The notes: generated by a model not told the origin, from the letters alone. A DNA stretch of 64,000 bases from Cyanophora paradoxa CCMP329 (GCA_004431415.1 QPMI01000040.1:248001-312000); one strand, 5' to 3'. Positions 32,211 through 46,000 are shown, numbered from the stretch's first letter. Numbers and translations are program-made.

Positions 32211-35200
32211 ATGACGTCCGCCTGCTATCTGTCCGGGGTCTGTCCGCTGGGGAGCCCTGCGGGCGCTGGACGTGCTGTGACGCCTTCGATGGCTCCCTGC
32301 GGAGCCGAGCCCGTGTTGTGAAAAGAAATTGTGTACCCTGACCTAACGAAGCCCCTCTCGATCAAATTCGAAGATCTCGAAATCCAGCGATGTCCAGAAG
32401 ACCCAAAGCTGCAGAAATGAAGCTAAGAAAAGCAGCGACCGGAAAGTGGATGATTTCAACCCATCGGCTATCTCGGACTCTCCAGTCGGCCAAGGTTTTT
32501 TCGCGACGTAAACCTTATACCCGTGTCGCGGCCGCATACCGCCCGGCTCCGCGCAGTTCTGGGAGCATCAACATCCGCGCGAGCTTGAGCATCGAGGTCG
32601 AGAGACATCTCACGATCACCCGCAAGGGCCGCACCTGTAGCTGTAGCGATCGTGCGGCGATTCGCGCCTCATCGGCGATATCAGCTGCATCGACCCTTGG
32701 GCCAAGCAGGAGCTGCTGAGCGATAAGCCTGAAGCTAGCGCTTTCAAAGTTAACAGTCTGCAGACTAGATCGAGGGACGAGTAAGCTGTTGAGCGGCTGC
32801 AGCTCAGCGGCTGCGGAGTTCGAGCTGCAGAGCGCGGTTCCAGGCGACGCTCCGAGCCAGCGCCCAAATCGAGTCAAGGGAACGACTCCAGCGCTCCAGC
32901 GGCGAGTCCAGCCTGGCAGCAGCGGTGTTCGGTTGACGAAGGCGACGTGGAGCTCGTGCCCGCGTTAAAGCTAGCTATCGCCGCTCAAGCGCCGCTCAAG
33001 TTCGTTGCAGGCGCAGCCAGAGCCGCGGCCGAACGTGCGCTTCCGAAGGGGGACGGGCAGATGCATATGGTGTCGCCGCGACGCCCGAGCGATCTGAGAG
33101 TTTGCTCCTGTTAGGGAAGGCGTCGGCGGCAACTGCGGAGCCGGCGCCTTTAGCTCCGTTCAGGGACGGCGGCGGCCGCGGCGGCCGTGCACGTGGCGCG
33201 CGTGCGGCTGCAATGCATGTGCATACGGCGATGGCAATGGCTCCCTATCCGCCGGCTCCATCGCCGCCGCTCCAGGGGCGAGTCACCTTCGGCTTGATGC
33301 AGCGGGGCGGCGTGAGCCGCTTCGCAGGTCAGCGCGCCGCGCCTGCGCAGCCCCTCGCAGCCCCCTCGAAGCAGACTTAAGCTTCGCTCGCAGACTTCGT
33401 CGAGGCGACCCCCGCTGAAGTCGGCGGCACGGCCGGCCACTCCTTCGCCCGGTACTCGCTCCTGACGTGCAGGTGCCCCGGCCCACGCCCCGCCTGCCTC
33501 GGCCGGCCGGCCGGCCCCTGCAGCCCCGCGCGCGGTGGCTTAGCCTGAGCACCGCCCCCGCGCGCAGGCAGTACAAGCTCTGCCTGACCGACAGGCGCCC
33601 CGAGGCCTTCGACGAGTGGCTCGGCGCCTCCGTTCGCCTCGCGCTGTGCTACGCGGGTACGCCCCGCCCGCCCCTGCTCAGCCAGAGGCCGCCCCTGCTC
33701 AGCCGAGGCCAGACGACGGCGCCCCTATCCCGGAGAAGCTGCCGCCGGGGCCGGCCGGCACTGCATCCGCCAACGCAAAGCGCAAGAGGCGCAACGACGG
33801 TTCGCGCGCGCGAGGGGGCGCAGCTCGGCATGCTTCCAGACCTTGGTCGGTCCCATAGCTGAGGCACCCGTCCCCCCGCCCCCGCCCGCCCGCAGGCGCC
33901 CTCATATACTACGCCCCGGGGGGGAAAGGCTGCTGCAACTCTCTACCCCAGATGCACAGCGCGACGGAGGTGCGCGCACGTACCCCCCTGGGCTGCCCTC
34001 TCCTTGGGCGGCGCCGGCCCTCGCTGAGTCACGCCCCGGGGGGTACCGCAGGTGGTGCTGACGATGGGGCCCGACGGCATCTCTGAGGACGCGTTTGGGG
34101 TACAGGCGGCGACGGTGCGCGGTCCCCCGCGGCCGGGGAATGAGCTCGGGTACCCTCAAAGCCGCATGCGCATCTCTAGCTATAGGTCTAGCTGGGTTCA
34201 GTGGGCAGTGGCAAGGGGCTCAAATATCATTGCCGCTTGTACTAGTATAAGCTTTCGCTCCAACGCATGGGGTTAGCTTTAGCTTTGATTTCGAGGGAGC
34301 TTGCGATGGCGTGGCTTGCGGCAAGCTGACTCCGATGCGTCGGATTCGGCAGTACTGCCACAAGTACCGCGTCTTCGCGCTGCGCCTGGAGGTACCCCCG
34401 CTCAGATCTGACCTGACCTGATCTGACCTGATCTGACCCTCGTGAAGGCGACGGGGCGCGACGGGGCCTGGATCCCCCTCACGGGTACCATCCAGCTCAC
34501 CACCCGAGCGCACAAGGGTGAGTCACGCGAGCCGCCCGCGAGCCGCCCGCGAGCAGCGCCGGGCCGGTCGGGCGGGTCCGCGCCGCACCGCGCCGCGCCG
34601 CGCCGCGCCCGCTCTCCTCTATCGAACTGGATTCGATTTGACGCGGGGTGCGCGCAGGGCGGCGGTCGAAGGCGGGTCGCGAGGCGGCCGAGGAACCGAT
34701 GCCCCCTGGGTACGCCCTCAGCTTCCCTTTCCCCCTTCCCCCTTCCCCCCCCCCCCCCGCGCCTCGGGCGCGAGCCCCAACCCGCGCCCCCCCCCCCCCC
34801 CCACCTCCGGCCCGCCGGTTGATTCCTGTACCCCGCAGCCCCTTGCAGGATTCCGATGCGGACGCTGAACCCGAACCCGGCGCCGAAGCTGACGCCGGTG
34901 CGGGCGCGGCCGCCCCGCTCCGCTCAGATCAAATCTGACCTGATCGTATCTGAGCGCAGAGTCGGACGTCAACATGGGCGCCCCGGGGACCGGGGCGGGG
35001 TCCGGCTCGGCCCCGGCCGAACCGTCCCCGGGGGGTACAGAAGCCGACGTCGACCTCCTCGCCCTGATCGACCGGCTTCCACTGTGCGCGTACCCCCTGC
35101 CCCTCCCAGAGTTCCCGAACTGCCCCCCCCCCCCTACCGGTCGCTTTTTTTCTGGGTCGATCTGCTCTCCGCCGGCCGCTCAGATCAGAGCTGATCTGAT

Positions 35201-38200
35201 CTGATCTGAACTTTCCGCTGGGCGGCAGGGTGGACCTCCAGGGGCTCCCGCCGCTCGCCGAGTCCGACGAGGAGGCCGACAGGAGATCCGAAAAGGTCAG
35301 ATCAGATCTGAGCGATCCGCGGCCGAGCGGCCGCGGCCCGGGGGCCGATCTCGCGCTCTGCGCCCCTGTCAGGCCCCCTGCGAAAGGACAGCGCCGCGCC
35401 GGCAGCTTAAGATTTAGATATTCAAATCGCGCTCAGGGGCCGCTCGAAATGAGAATCGCGCGGCGCTTGCTCGCTTGGAGAAGAAAGCGATCGATCGATC
35501 TGACCCACCGGCCCGGCCCGCGCAGGACTCACCCGAGGCTGAGGTTTTCGGCGACGCGGTACGAGCCCTCGAGCGCGCCTCCGCTGCCGCCCTCTCGTGC
35601 GCTGTACCCCCATCCTCCCCGCTCTCCCCGCCCCGTCGATATGTTATTCCACGGTATGTGTACCCACGCGGGATCAATCGCAGGCCCCCCATCTCGCCCC
35701 CCGACTCGAACTCCGGCTCCGGTTCCTCCCCCGACGCCCCCGTACCCTCCTCCGCATCCACCCCGTACCCTGGACTCGACGCCTTCGGTGAGACGCGCAC
35801 CCCTCTCTCCCACCCTCGCCCGCGTGGCCCGACGGGGGCTCCGGGGGGTACAGGCGAGGATGGCACCCGGCGCTGGTCCTCGATCCTCGACGGGGACCCA
35901 CTCATGCCCGCCGAGGCGAGCGCAGCCGTACCCCCCCCCCGGGGGGTAGGCAACGACTCACCTGAGCTCCGAGCTCTGAGCTTAAGCTTCGTGCGCACGC
36001 GCAGGACGCCTCTCCCGACGGCCCATCCGTCTCCCCGTCTCCTTCCTCTTCCTCCGCCTCCGGATCCGCTTCGGGGGCGGCGCCCTTCTTTTCCCTCCAG
36101 CCAGTCCCGGAGGACGGCGCGTTCAGGTGACCCTTCCCCTTCCGAGCGTATCTATCTCGCCGTTCTCCCTCCTGTTTCGCCGCCTCTGACGAACGCTCGC
36201 TCTAAAATTAGCTTCATGGATCCGGCGACGCTGCGGAGGCCTGCGCCGGTTCGCCCTACGAACGGGCGCGCGCTTCTCCGCTGACGGCGCTGCTCTAACG
36301 GACCGACTCCGAACCGCGCAGCAGCCCCCGCCCCCCTCTCCGCCCCTGCCCGCCCTGTGGCCCCCCGAAATCATGTACTCCCTCCACGCCCAGGTGCGCG
36401 CCGTACCCTGCCGGTCCGAGCCCGGCGGCCCCGCCGTTTTCCGAACGGGGTACGCAGAATCTGGACCAGGCGGTGGGCTCGGGGGTCCTTCTCATCCCCC
36501 CCGACCAGGCGAAGGTCCTCGCGGCCCGGCAAGTCCTCCTCTACCCCCCCCCCATGCCCCCCACCCACCCCCCTCCTTCTCGCTCACCTGAGTCTGGGTC
36601 CGGCCCCGGCTCAGGTGCGAGGCGCTGGCAGCTGCGTGCATGCGGACTCTCGGGCAGGAGGCACTAGTACTCCGAGAGCTCACGGAGGTACCCCGCCCAA
36701 TCTAATTATAGCCCGCCTCTGATATTATCTACCTAGCGGTCCCCCCTCGTATCTACCTATCTCTAATCTTATCTATCATCATACATCTTCCTTCTCGAAC
36801 CCTCTGGCGGTCCCGCGGCTCCCCTCGACCAAGAAAAATCCCCCCCCCCCCCCCTTCCCCCCTCCCTCTCCTCGTGTGGATGTCACACCTCTCGCCGCCC
36901 TCAACGCCCCCGCCCCCCCCCCCTCCCCCCCCCCACCTCCCGCTCGGATCCGGGCCCGAGCGCGGTCTGATTTTTCGGCGCAGGTGCTTCTGGACTTTAG
37001 GCTTTTAGCGACCGAGCTATACACGACGCTGTACGGGCAGTTCCGTGCGCGCGCGCCCCCCGCTCGCCTCGGGTCTATCTATCTAGAGCTCTAGTCACTT
37101 GCTGCTTGGTCTGGCATCTAGAAGCTCGTGATCGAATCAAAAGACAGTCTGCTCGCTCGCTCTGCTCTCTCTTCTGGAGCTCTGCCGCGCTAAGCCAGCT
37201 AACGTCTGTAGAGTCTTTCTGGGGATCTTCAGGGCTAGCTAACGGCGGGCGCCGCGCCGCACCGCGCCGCTCCAGGCTTATACTGCATTCTGTGCGGTCT
37301 CTACGAGGCGGGGTGCCAGGACCTGGTGCGCCCGCCCGCCCGCCCGCCCGCCCGCCCGGCCCGGCCCGGCCCCCATCCAAGGAGGAAGAGCTCGAAGGCA
37401 GTTAGTTCGAGCAAGCTCGGGCCCGAATCAAATCTGATCCGATCTGATCTGAGCGATCTGAGCGATCTGACGCCGCCGGCGCTCAGGTGGTCTCGTACGT
37501 CTCCTCCGTGCACCGGGCCCTCCTGGCCCACTTCCCCCGACCCACCCCGTGCGCTTCCTTCAGCTCATCCTTAAGCTTCGAACCGAGACTTTTAGACGTA
37601 CACTTTTTAGACGTCAAGGGCGGGGGTCAAGCCCCCCCCACCCCGTCCGCCCGGCCCGGGCCCCCTCCTTATCCACCCTCGAACTTGGGCTAATAGAATC
37701 GGCTTATAGATCGCCTTGGGCTCTATAGTAGGGAGGCGGATCTAGAATCTGCGCCCGAACTTGGCCTTCTGAATTCGCCTGCCTCTCTTCGACTTCGACT
37801 AGACTTCGACTTTTTAGAGGTCAAGGGCGGGGGGTCACCCACCGCCCCCCCCACCCCTTGCGCCCGGGCCGGGCCCCCTCCTCCTCCTCCTCCTCCTTCG
37901 AACTTAAACTTAAAGATTCGCCTCTCTCTTCTTCTTGGGCTCTGAACTCTTCTTAGGGCGGACACGGAGAACACCGTACGATCGATCCTGAACTTCCTCA
38001 GGGTGCGGGATCTATATATAAATCTGCCTCGTTGATTAGATGCTGCCCGCGGCCGCCCCGCGCTGTGCGCGCGTGCGTGCATCGCAGCTTATCGGCGTTG
38101 CCAGGTCGTCATGGGCCCCGTCAACTCGCTCCCGACCGACTTCTGCATCATACCCGAGGAGAGCATCCGCCAGGCGCGCCGTTTTCCGTTTGCGGGGTCG

Positions 38201-41200
38201 ATATCGATATTGCGGCACGCGCGAGTGCTTATTCGCGTTCCCTCCTTCCGTCCGCCTTCGCGCCCCGCAGCTGCTGAACAAGGCCCACGCGCTGATCCAG
38301 TCCACCGCCTCCGGGGACGAGGTACCCCCCCCCCTCCCCCCCCCTTAAGCCTTAAGCTTAAGCGCCACGATAACGATTTCTGTCTGACTCACATCCGCAC
38401 CGCGCAGCTGCCCTCCATCTACATCGAGTGGCTCATAAGGAAAGGGATCTTCGATTTCATGGTGACTTCTTTCCTTTTCAGTCGAAGCTGCAGCTGTCGC
38501 TCCTTTATCGAAGCATAAGCTAGAATAGAATTCCGGTTTGCGTCGTTGCGGGGACGTCTGCTGACGCTCGTCGGCAGTACGGGCGGCACGACGCGGCCAT
38601 CGAGAGCCTCTGGAACGCGTGGAGCGAGCTCATAAGGCGGTGCGCGCGCGAATAGATAATCCCAAGCTCAAGCGCGCCCAGCCTAAGATAGCGTAGCCTA
38701 AAATAGCCTGGAATGCGTGGAGCGAGCTCATAAGGCGGTCCGCGCACGAATTAATATCCCAACCTCAACCGCGCCCAGCCTAAGATAGCCTAGCCTAAGA
38801 TCTGCCGGAGAGTAAATAGCCCAAGCGGCATGGCTGTAGTTGGGTGGCCCGCTGGTCTTGGCTCTAAACCTTGCGTACCTGTTCGCTGTGCGCGCGCTCG
38901 CAGGCAGCTGAGCCCGTGCCGGATGGAAGTTCGGTGCGCGCGCGTGACCGCCTCGTTCTATGGATGGCCTCCTTTTACGTATACCGTATATATATATATT
39001 TCAAGCTTCGAATTCGAATTCCATATCTTAGAAACAGCTCGAGCTTCAAAAAGCTTTTTCAATCCTAAAAACGCCATCGATCGAGCGCTCCTTTAAGCGT
39101 CCGCGGCTTACGCATTCCCCTCGCGATCGACCCGCGCAGCGTCATCGCGAACCTGCTCTTCTTCGTCGGTCCGCGCCCTCTCCCCTCGATGCCCTTATAA
39201 TTAAGCCTGCAATCCCCCTTCCCCTTTCGAGCCCGGCCCCCGCCCCGCCCTGCCCCGCCTCCCCCGATCGCCCGCCGGCTCCCTCGCGCAGTGCTCGTCC
39301 CGAGCAACATCACGATGCTGCACGACATGAAGAGCAAGGTCTACTGGTGCGCGCGAACTCGAGGCGAAGCGAAGCGGCGTGGGCAGGGCGGGCCGGGGGC
39401 GCGGGGCCACTCAACTGATTACAATGCGCGGGGCGGGGCGCGGGAAACGCGCCGCCCGCTTCTCCCCGAACCCCCCCCCCCCCCCCCCCACCCCAGGCCC
39501 CCCAAGCCCCCCCCCCCCCTCCCCCCCTCGCCGCCTGTCGCTATCTATCTCGCGCCGTTATCTGCCGCGATTTGATCCGTGGCCAGGTACGAGGACCCGG
39601 AGAACTACGACGATTACATGGACGAGGCCGTCTGCTACCAGTGCTTCTGTGCGCCCGCTCGCTCGCCCCGGTCCCGGCCCGACCCCCAAACCCCAACCCC
39701 CCCCCCCCCCCCCGCCCCAAAACCGCGCTAGCACTCAAGGATACCATTTAACTCGCCGCGCATCGCGGGCGGGTCGAGCGGCGACTCATGCCGCGCGCCT
39801 TAGATCTCGCGCCTCAGTACTCCGTTTTAAGTTTGCCTTCCCCGCCGCCGGCCTTAGAGAGAGAGCGCGGCGATAGGCCCCGCCAGCGCTCGCTAGCGCT
39901 GGCGGCTGTCGACCGGTATTATGTATCCATGGTCCCGCCGCGTCGGGCCCGCGCTGACGGCTCCGCTTTCGTCTCCGCTCTTTGCGTCCGCGCGCAGGCG
40001 CCCTGGAGCTCCTGCGGCACCGCTTCGCGGCGGCGGCTCAGTACGCAACGCGATCCATCGAGGCCTGGCAGGTGCGCGAGCGCTGCACAGCTTAGGCCTT
40101 ATCGCAAGTTAGATGGATAATTATATATATGCGTTTAAAGCTTTCCAACCGAGGCCTACTATGTGTTTTAATGTGTGCGCGACCCGATCCATAGAGGCCT
40201 CAGAGAGGGCACCTTCACCTCAAGTTAGATCGATAAACAGATATACGTCTTAAAGCTTTCCAATACCTGATTCGCTTCGCGCCGCTGATCACGAGCATCC
40301 CCCGCCCCCGCCCGCGCCCCCGGGGTCGCAGCGGGCGTCGACGGGGGGGCGGCCGGCCTACCGCCAGCTCATGGTCCGCTCCCTCCAGTACCGGGTCCGC
40401 CCCGCCCCGCCCCGCCCCGCCCCGCTCCGCCTTAGAGAGGGGCGCCTTGGGAAGGCGCTCTTTAAGAGCAACCCGAGGACCCGCCCCGCCCCGCCCCGCC
40501 CCGCTCCGCCCCTAAGGCTTCTAAGCCTCCTCGAATCTAAGGCCTTGACGGCTTCTAAGCTTCCAAGCTTCCAAGTGAAGGGCCCGCCCCGCCCCGCCCC
40601 GCCCTGCCCCGCCCCGCCCCGCCCCGCCCCGGCCCAGCCTGCTCGAAGCCCTACCCTCCGGAGCCGGGCCTGACCGCCCCCGCCCCCGCCCCCGCCCCGC
40701 CCCCGCCCCCGCCCCGCCCCCTTGGCTCGCAGATGTACGCGAACATGCGGATGAACCGGCTCGCTTCCGCCGCACGCGACTGGAAGGAGATCTTCAAGCT
40801 CCTCAAGGTCCCCCCCGCCCCACCCGCGCGCTCTGAAAGCTACAAGATCCGCGGCTTACATGTATTTTGCCGGCCGCAGGAGACCTGCAGCGTCAACTCG
40901 CACTTCTGGTCCGCACCCCCCCCCCCTCCCCCCCTCCCCCCCCCCCCCCCCCCCCTCCTCCTCCTCTGGCTGGCTGGGGGCGTGCCTGAACGCCGCCGCC
41001 CCGCCCCGCCCCGCCCCCGCTCCGCGCCGCGCCGCGCCGCGCAGGGACGTGCTCTTCATCGCGAGGTGCCCCCGGGCCGGACCCTATCGCTAGATATAAA
41101 CTAGCTTTATATAGGGACCCTATAGCTAGATATAACCTAGCTTCATAACCTAGCTTTATATAGTCGCAACCATTTCATATAGAGGTGCCCCGGGCCGGAC

Positions 41201-42377
41201 CCTAGCTATGTATCGCCTTCCGCCGAACGCGAGCCACCTCTACGCGCCCTTGTATTGTGCTCTTGGACACGTGCCTCGCGTGCTGATCGCGGCGACGACG
41301 CTCGGCCGCGACGCCCGTACCCGTCTTACGCGTCCCCCCCCCCCTCCCCGCGCAGCCGGTTCATGCGGGAGAGCATGCCGCAGTACCCGGGGCCCTCCCG
41401 CCGTGACGTCATCCGCCTGTTCCGGGCCGTGTTCGTCCTCATCAAGGTGCATGAGAGCAGAATGCAAGAAGATGATGGGATTTCTTGAGCTTCCGATGGG
41501 ATCTCTCACGAGATCTAGAACATGGCTTACAATATGATCCATACACGGGCGCTACAAGGACACATACGAGACCATGATATTCAGAAGATGATAAGATCCC
41601 TCCTAATAGGATCGCCGCCGCAGCTGACCCCAGAAGATAATTAGATCTCTCCTAATAGGATCTCGCAGTGCATACACGCAGCACTAGCGCTCCGCGGCCT
41701 CCCGCCCGCCCGCCCGCCGGCCGCGGCGCTTTCATCTGACGGGGGTGGCCATGGGGTTGCAGATCACGGACGGGAACGACGAGACGCCGCTGCGCGGGCA
41801 CGCCCTCATGCGCCTCGGCGAGTTCTACCTCTCCGGCGGTGCGAGCGAGCGCCACTGTACCCCTTCTCCCCGCCTTCTTCTCCCCGAACGCGCCGGCCCC
41901 TCTCGCCCCTAGCTACATACGTATTTCTAGGTTGTCGCGGTTGGATCCCTTAATTTTCCTGACGCGATCTCGCGATCTGGGGCGCGCGCAGGCGACCGGG
42001 AGAGGGCGGCGCAGTGCTTCGAGGCCTCCATCTCGCTGCTGCAGGTAGCCCAAGCCCCGGACGTCTCCAGACTTCGAGAACACGGCTCGAAATAACCTGT
42101 CAGGATCCTAGTACTCGATGCCGTTTACTACCGAGCTCCTTCTTAAAATTTCTCGCCAGTATCCTAAATTTCTCGCCAGTATCCTAGGCCAGGATCCCGC
42201 CCAAAAGCCCTCCTCGGCCCGCCGCGCTAGATCTGACGCCCCGCCCCGCCCCCCGCGCAGGGCCGGTTCCCCCTGTGCTTCTCGGAGGCGCACCCGCGGG
42301 TCGCCTCGACGCGGGCCCTGCTCGGGGTCGCCCGGGGCGTCCTGCACCCCTCCCGCCTGCCCTTCGCAGCGCATTAG
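32211..42377 (+). CDS. Highly fragmented (micro-exon) gene, possibly two genes: uncharacterised Cys/basic N-terminal domain, acidic linker, C-terminal TPR-like helical domain
   Basis: Spliceable exons include CGKLTPMRRIRQYCHKYRVFALRLE, VLLDFRLLATELYTTLYGQF, LPSIYIEWLIRKGIFDFM, YGRHDAAIESLWNAWSELIR, MYANMRMNRLASAARDWKEIFKLLK and TPR-like GHALMRLGEFYLSG|GDRERAAQCFEASISLLQ|...HPRVASTRALL...LPFAAH* (TAG 42375-42377). The 5' boundary is very uncertain. Confidence 0.5.
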
Positions 42378-43009
42378 TCCCAGCCTGTGTGCTTTCCCGA
42401 ACCTTGAATCGAATCGCGCAAGTAACGTGGTCTGCTTTCAAATTCTATCGATACTCCAGGATCAGCTCTAGTTCTTCATATGTCTAGCCTAGTTCTTCGT
42501 ATGACTAGCCTATAGCTAGAAGCTGTAAGCTAGCGGTTGCAAATTGTCGGCCTGTTGAACAGGACTTTTCTCTCGATCGCTTAGCCCCGTACATGCATTG
42601 ATTGTATTAGAGCGTACATGTCTTGATTGTTGGACGATGTTCTCTCTTGAAACAAATCACAAGCGTCTCGAGGTCAGCTCAAATATTCGATCATGATCAG
42701 GCTCACTTACAAAAACCAACTCACACTAATATTGCATACGCGGTTTCGGCGCGATGCGCAACAAACGTTAAAATTGATTAAATTTTTAAAATCACTGATT
42801 TGATTAAGTGGGAGAAATTGGGGTGCAGCTCGATTTACTCATCTGCCTGCTCACCCCGGCCCGCCTCGTTACTCACTCTCGGGCTGCTTTGAATTCGAAC
42901 ACTAGTATTCACTAGTACTGCAATTGCAAGAGCGCAAAAACATCCAGGGCGGAGATGAAGGCAGAGGAGGAAGAGGGGGGGGGGGGAAGGAAGAAGGGGG
43001 GTAGGGGCG

Positions 43010-46000
43010 CTACGCGGTGCCCGCGGATCGCCGCGCGGGGTGCCCCGGCACGCCCCGGGCGGAGAAGGAGCCACCCCCAAGGTCCGCCGGGTCGTACGCC
43101 GTGAAGTTGGATGGCACGTCCCGCGCGGTCAGCGGCACGCCGTTCGGGTCGCGCGGGGGGCCCTTGGGGGGCGCGGGGCGGCCCCTGTGGGCCTTGCCTC
43201 CCGTGGGGGGCGTCGGCCCGCCGCTCACGAGGGGCGGCGTGGGAGTTCCGAAGGCCGGAGCGGGGGGCGGCCGGCCCAGGTTCGGCAGGGCGCTCTGCGG
43301 GGGACGTGCGTGAGCGGCGCGGTCAAAGATCTGGAACGCACTTTAAGAACTTCGGAAGGCTGTCTAATCTCAATGATGAATAAATCATTCTCTCCTAGCT
43401 TCCCTATCGTTGTAATAAGCAGATCTATTCTCTCCTGGCTTCCCTTGACTTCTCTGTCTTTCTAAATCAATTAAAAGCGCACGGCGGCCATGGTGAGGAC
43501 GTGGAGCTCGGGGACACTCGCCACGACGGGCGCCGACGAGGCCGGCCTGCGCCGGCGGGGGTGAGGGCGCTGCGCTCGGGCGGAGCGGAGCAGCTAGCCT
43601 TGGGGCTAGGGGGCGGGCGCAAGCTCTTAGCGTTGGAACGTGGAGGAGATTGAGGAGTTTGAGGAGGGGGCCTGAGCGCCCGAGCAGAGGAGAGCGCGAG
43701 CCCCGGGCGCGAGCGCGCTCGTCGTGCAAGCTAGCGATCAGGCCACCAGCTAGCCCTAAAATCCCACGACCTTTTAAAGCTCTAGATCCCTCACCAGATT
43801 CGAAGCTGGAGCGCGAATAGAGCAGGGCGCGGCGAAGGAAGGAGCGGACCTGAAGATCTCGGCGGGGGTGCCCCGCTCGCCCTCCGAGCCGCGGGATCCG
43901 GCGGCGGCGGCGCGGCGCCGGCGGCCGCTGCGCCCGCCGTCCATGGAGCCCCGCACCGACGCCGAGAGCTCCCCCGTCGACGCCTGCGGGTCCTTGCTTA
44001 GCTTCGCTTAGCTTAGCTTAGCTTAGCTTAGCTTAGCTTAGCTTAGCTTAGCTGAGCTTAGCTTAGCTTAGCTTAGCTGAGCTTAGCTTAGCTTAGCTTA
44101 GCTTAGCTTGGCTTGGCTTAGCTTGGCTTAGCTTGGCTTAGAGGGGGCTGGGGGGGAAGGCGGTGCCGGGGCCGGGGCGGGCGCACGGCGGTGGGGGCGC
44201 CGTACTCGCGGTAGGAGTGCCAGCCCTGGCTGAACCCATTGCGTCTTTTTCCGTCGTCATCTGAGAGGGGGGGGGGTTGGGTGTGTGTGTGGGGGGGGGG
44301 GGGGGGGGCGGGGGGCAGGAGGGGGAAGGAGGGGGGGAGGGTGAGGGAAGTCGGGAGGGCGGGAGTCTAGATGCGGGCGGGGCGGGCGGGGCGGGCGGAC
44401 GGGCGGGGCGGGTGACGAGGGAGGGGGGAGGGGGGGGGGGTAGGGGCGGTGGCTCGAGAGCGGCGGGCGGTCGGGCTCTTCCATAATTAATCTCTATAGA
44501 AACGGGGCTCTTCTACAATGAATTTCTTGCGTACTGAGTCGGGCGGAGCGTGGGGGCGGGGTGGGCGAGACGGGGGCGGGGCGGGGAGGGGCGGGCACCT
44601 GGAAGGCGCTGGGCGGGGTGGGGAGGGTGCCGGGCCCCCCGGGGGCCTCCTCGCGCCAGGGCGCCGGGGAGGAGAGCGTCGCGATGCGCTTCTCCAGCGT
44701 CGCGATGACCTCCTGCGGGGAGGACGATGAGATCGGGGGCGAAAGGGTTGGGGGTGGCAGGCGCGGGGCGGGAGGGAGGGGGGGGAGGGAGGAGACTAGG
44801 GTTTGGACTAGTTTGGACTAGTCGGCGGCGGGGGAGGGAGGGGCGATGAGATTAGATGAGATTGATCCAAAGGTCCAGGCGGGAGTTTCGGGAGTTCCAA
44901 GATCGAGATCGGCGTCGGGAGTTCGGATTGGGGGTGGGGAAAGGGGCGAGGGGCGCCCGCTCGCCTGCAGGGCAACGTTCTCCTGCGCGAGCTTCTGCAT
45001 CGCCGCCGCCTGCGGGGAACGCCCGCCTCAGCGAGAGTCCGGCGCGGGGGCAGTGGAGGGGAGAAAGGGGAAGGGAGGGAAAGGGGACCTGGCGGGAGTT
45101 GAGGATGTTCTGCAGCGCGCTCTCCCGCGCCGCCTCCGCCGCCTGCCGCTCGTACCTGCGCATGCACGCGCTCAGCCGAGGCTCAGCTGAGAGCGCCTTT
45201 CAGCGCCGCTTTCAGATCTTAGCATATGGATTCTTAGCAAATCCCAGCCGCGCAGTTCGCTCAGGTGAGCCCTTGGCGGCGCCCGCACCGCTCGCGCTCG
45301 GCGGCCCACGCGCGCTCCGCAGCCTCCATCTGCTGCCGCCCCTCCGCCTGCGTCTTGGCCACCTAAGGGAGGGAGGGCGTGGACGGGGTCAGCGGCGCGG
45401 GGGCGGGGAAGTCTTCGTTTCGGGAGGGGGGGTACGCGGCCCGCACCGCCTCGCCGTGCTTCGCCTCCGCGAGGGTCCCTTTCATCTGCGCGGCGGGCCT
45501 CGGCGACGGACGAGGGGGAAAAAGAAAGAGGGCCCGGTCGGATTCGAACCCGGAGATCGGTGACCATCCCGTCGTACCGCTGCGCCTGCTCCGCAAGGTT
45601 GCGGGCGGCCCGGACCCGCTCCTCCGCAGCCGAGCGCGTCGCCGCCTGCGTCCAATGATTCAGATCAGACCGGAGCCGCGCTCAGATCGGATCTGAGCCG
45701 ACGGGCGCGCCTCGAGCTTCGCCTGGAGCTCGGCTATGAGCCGCTCCTGAGCTTTCCTCGCCTGCGAGTGCTCCCCCGCCTGCGCGGGGGTACGGCGCCG
45801 GCGCGTCAGCAGCGGGGGGCTACGGCGCAGCGTCGTCCGGGGAGGGTACGCCGATTTGCTCGCCTCGATCTCGGATTTGAGAGAGTGGATCAGCGTTGCC
45901 TGCGCCGCGACCTTCTCCCGCAGCTGCTCGTCGATCGATTCCGTCTTCCGGAGCTGCGAGGGTACGGCGTTAGAAAACGGTCGGGGGGCAACGCCGTACC

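Noticed and set aside
43996-44140. (GCTTA)n as a telomeric repeat or CRISPR array
   Set aside because: It has no spacers, is not a canonical telomere unit, and lies inside an intron. It matches the AAGCTT/CTTAG-type words common in other introns.
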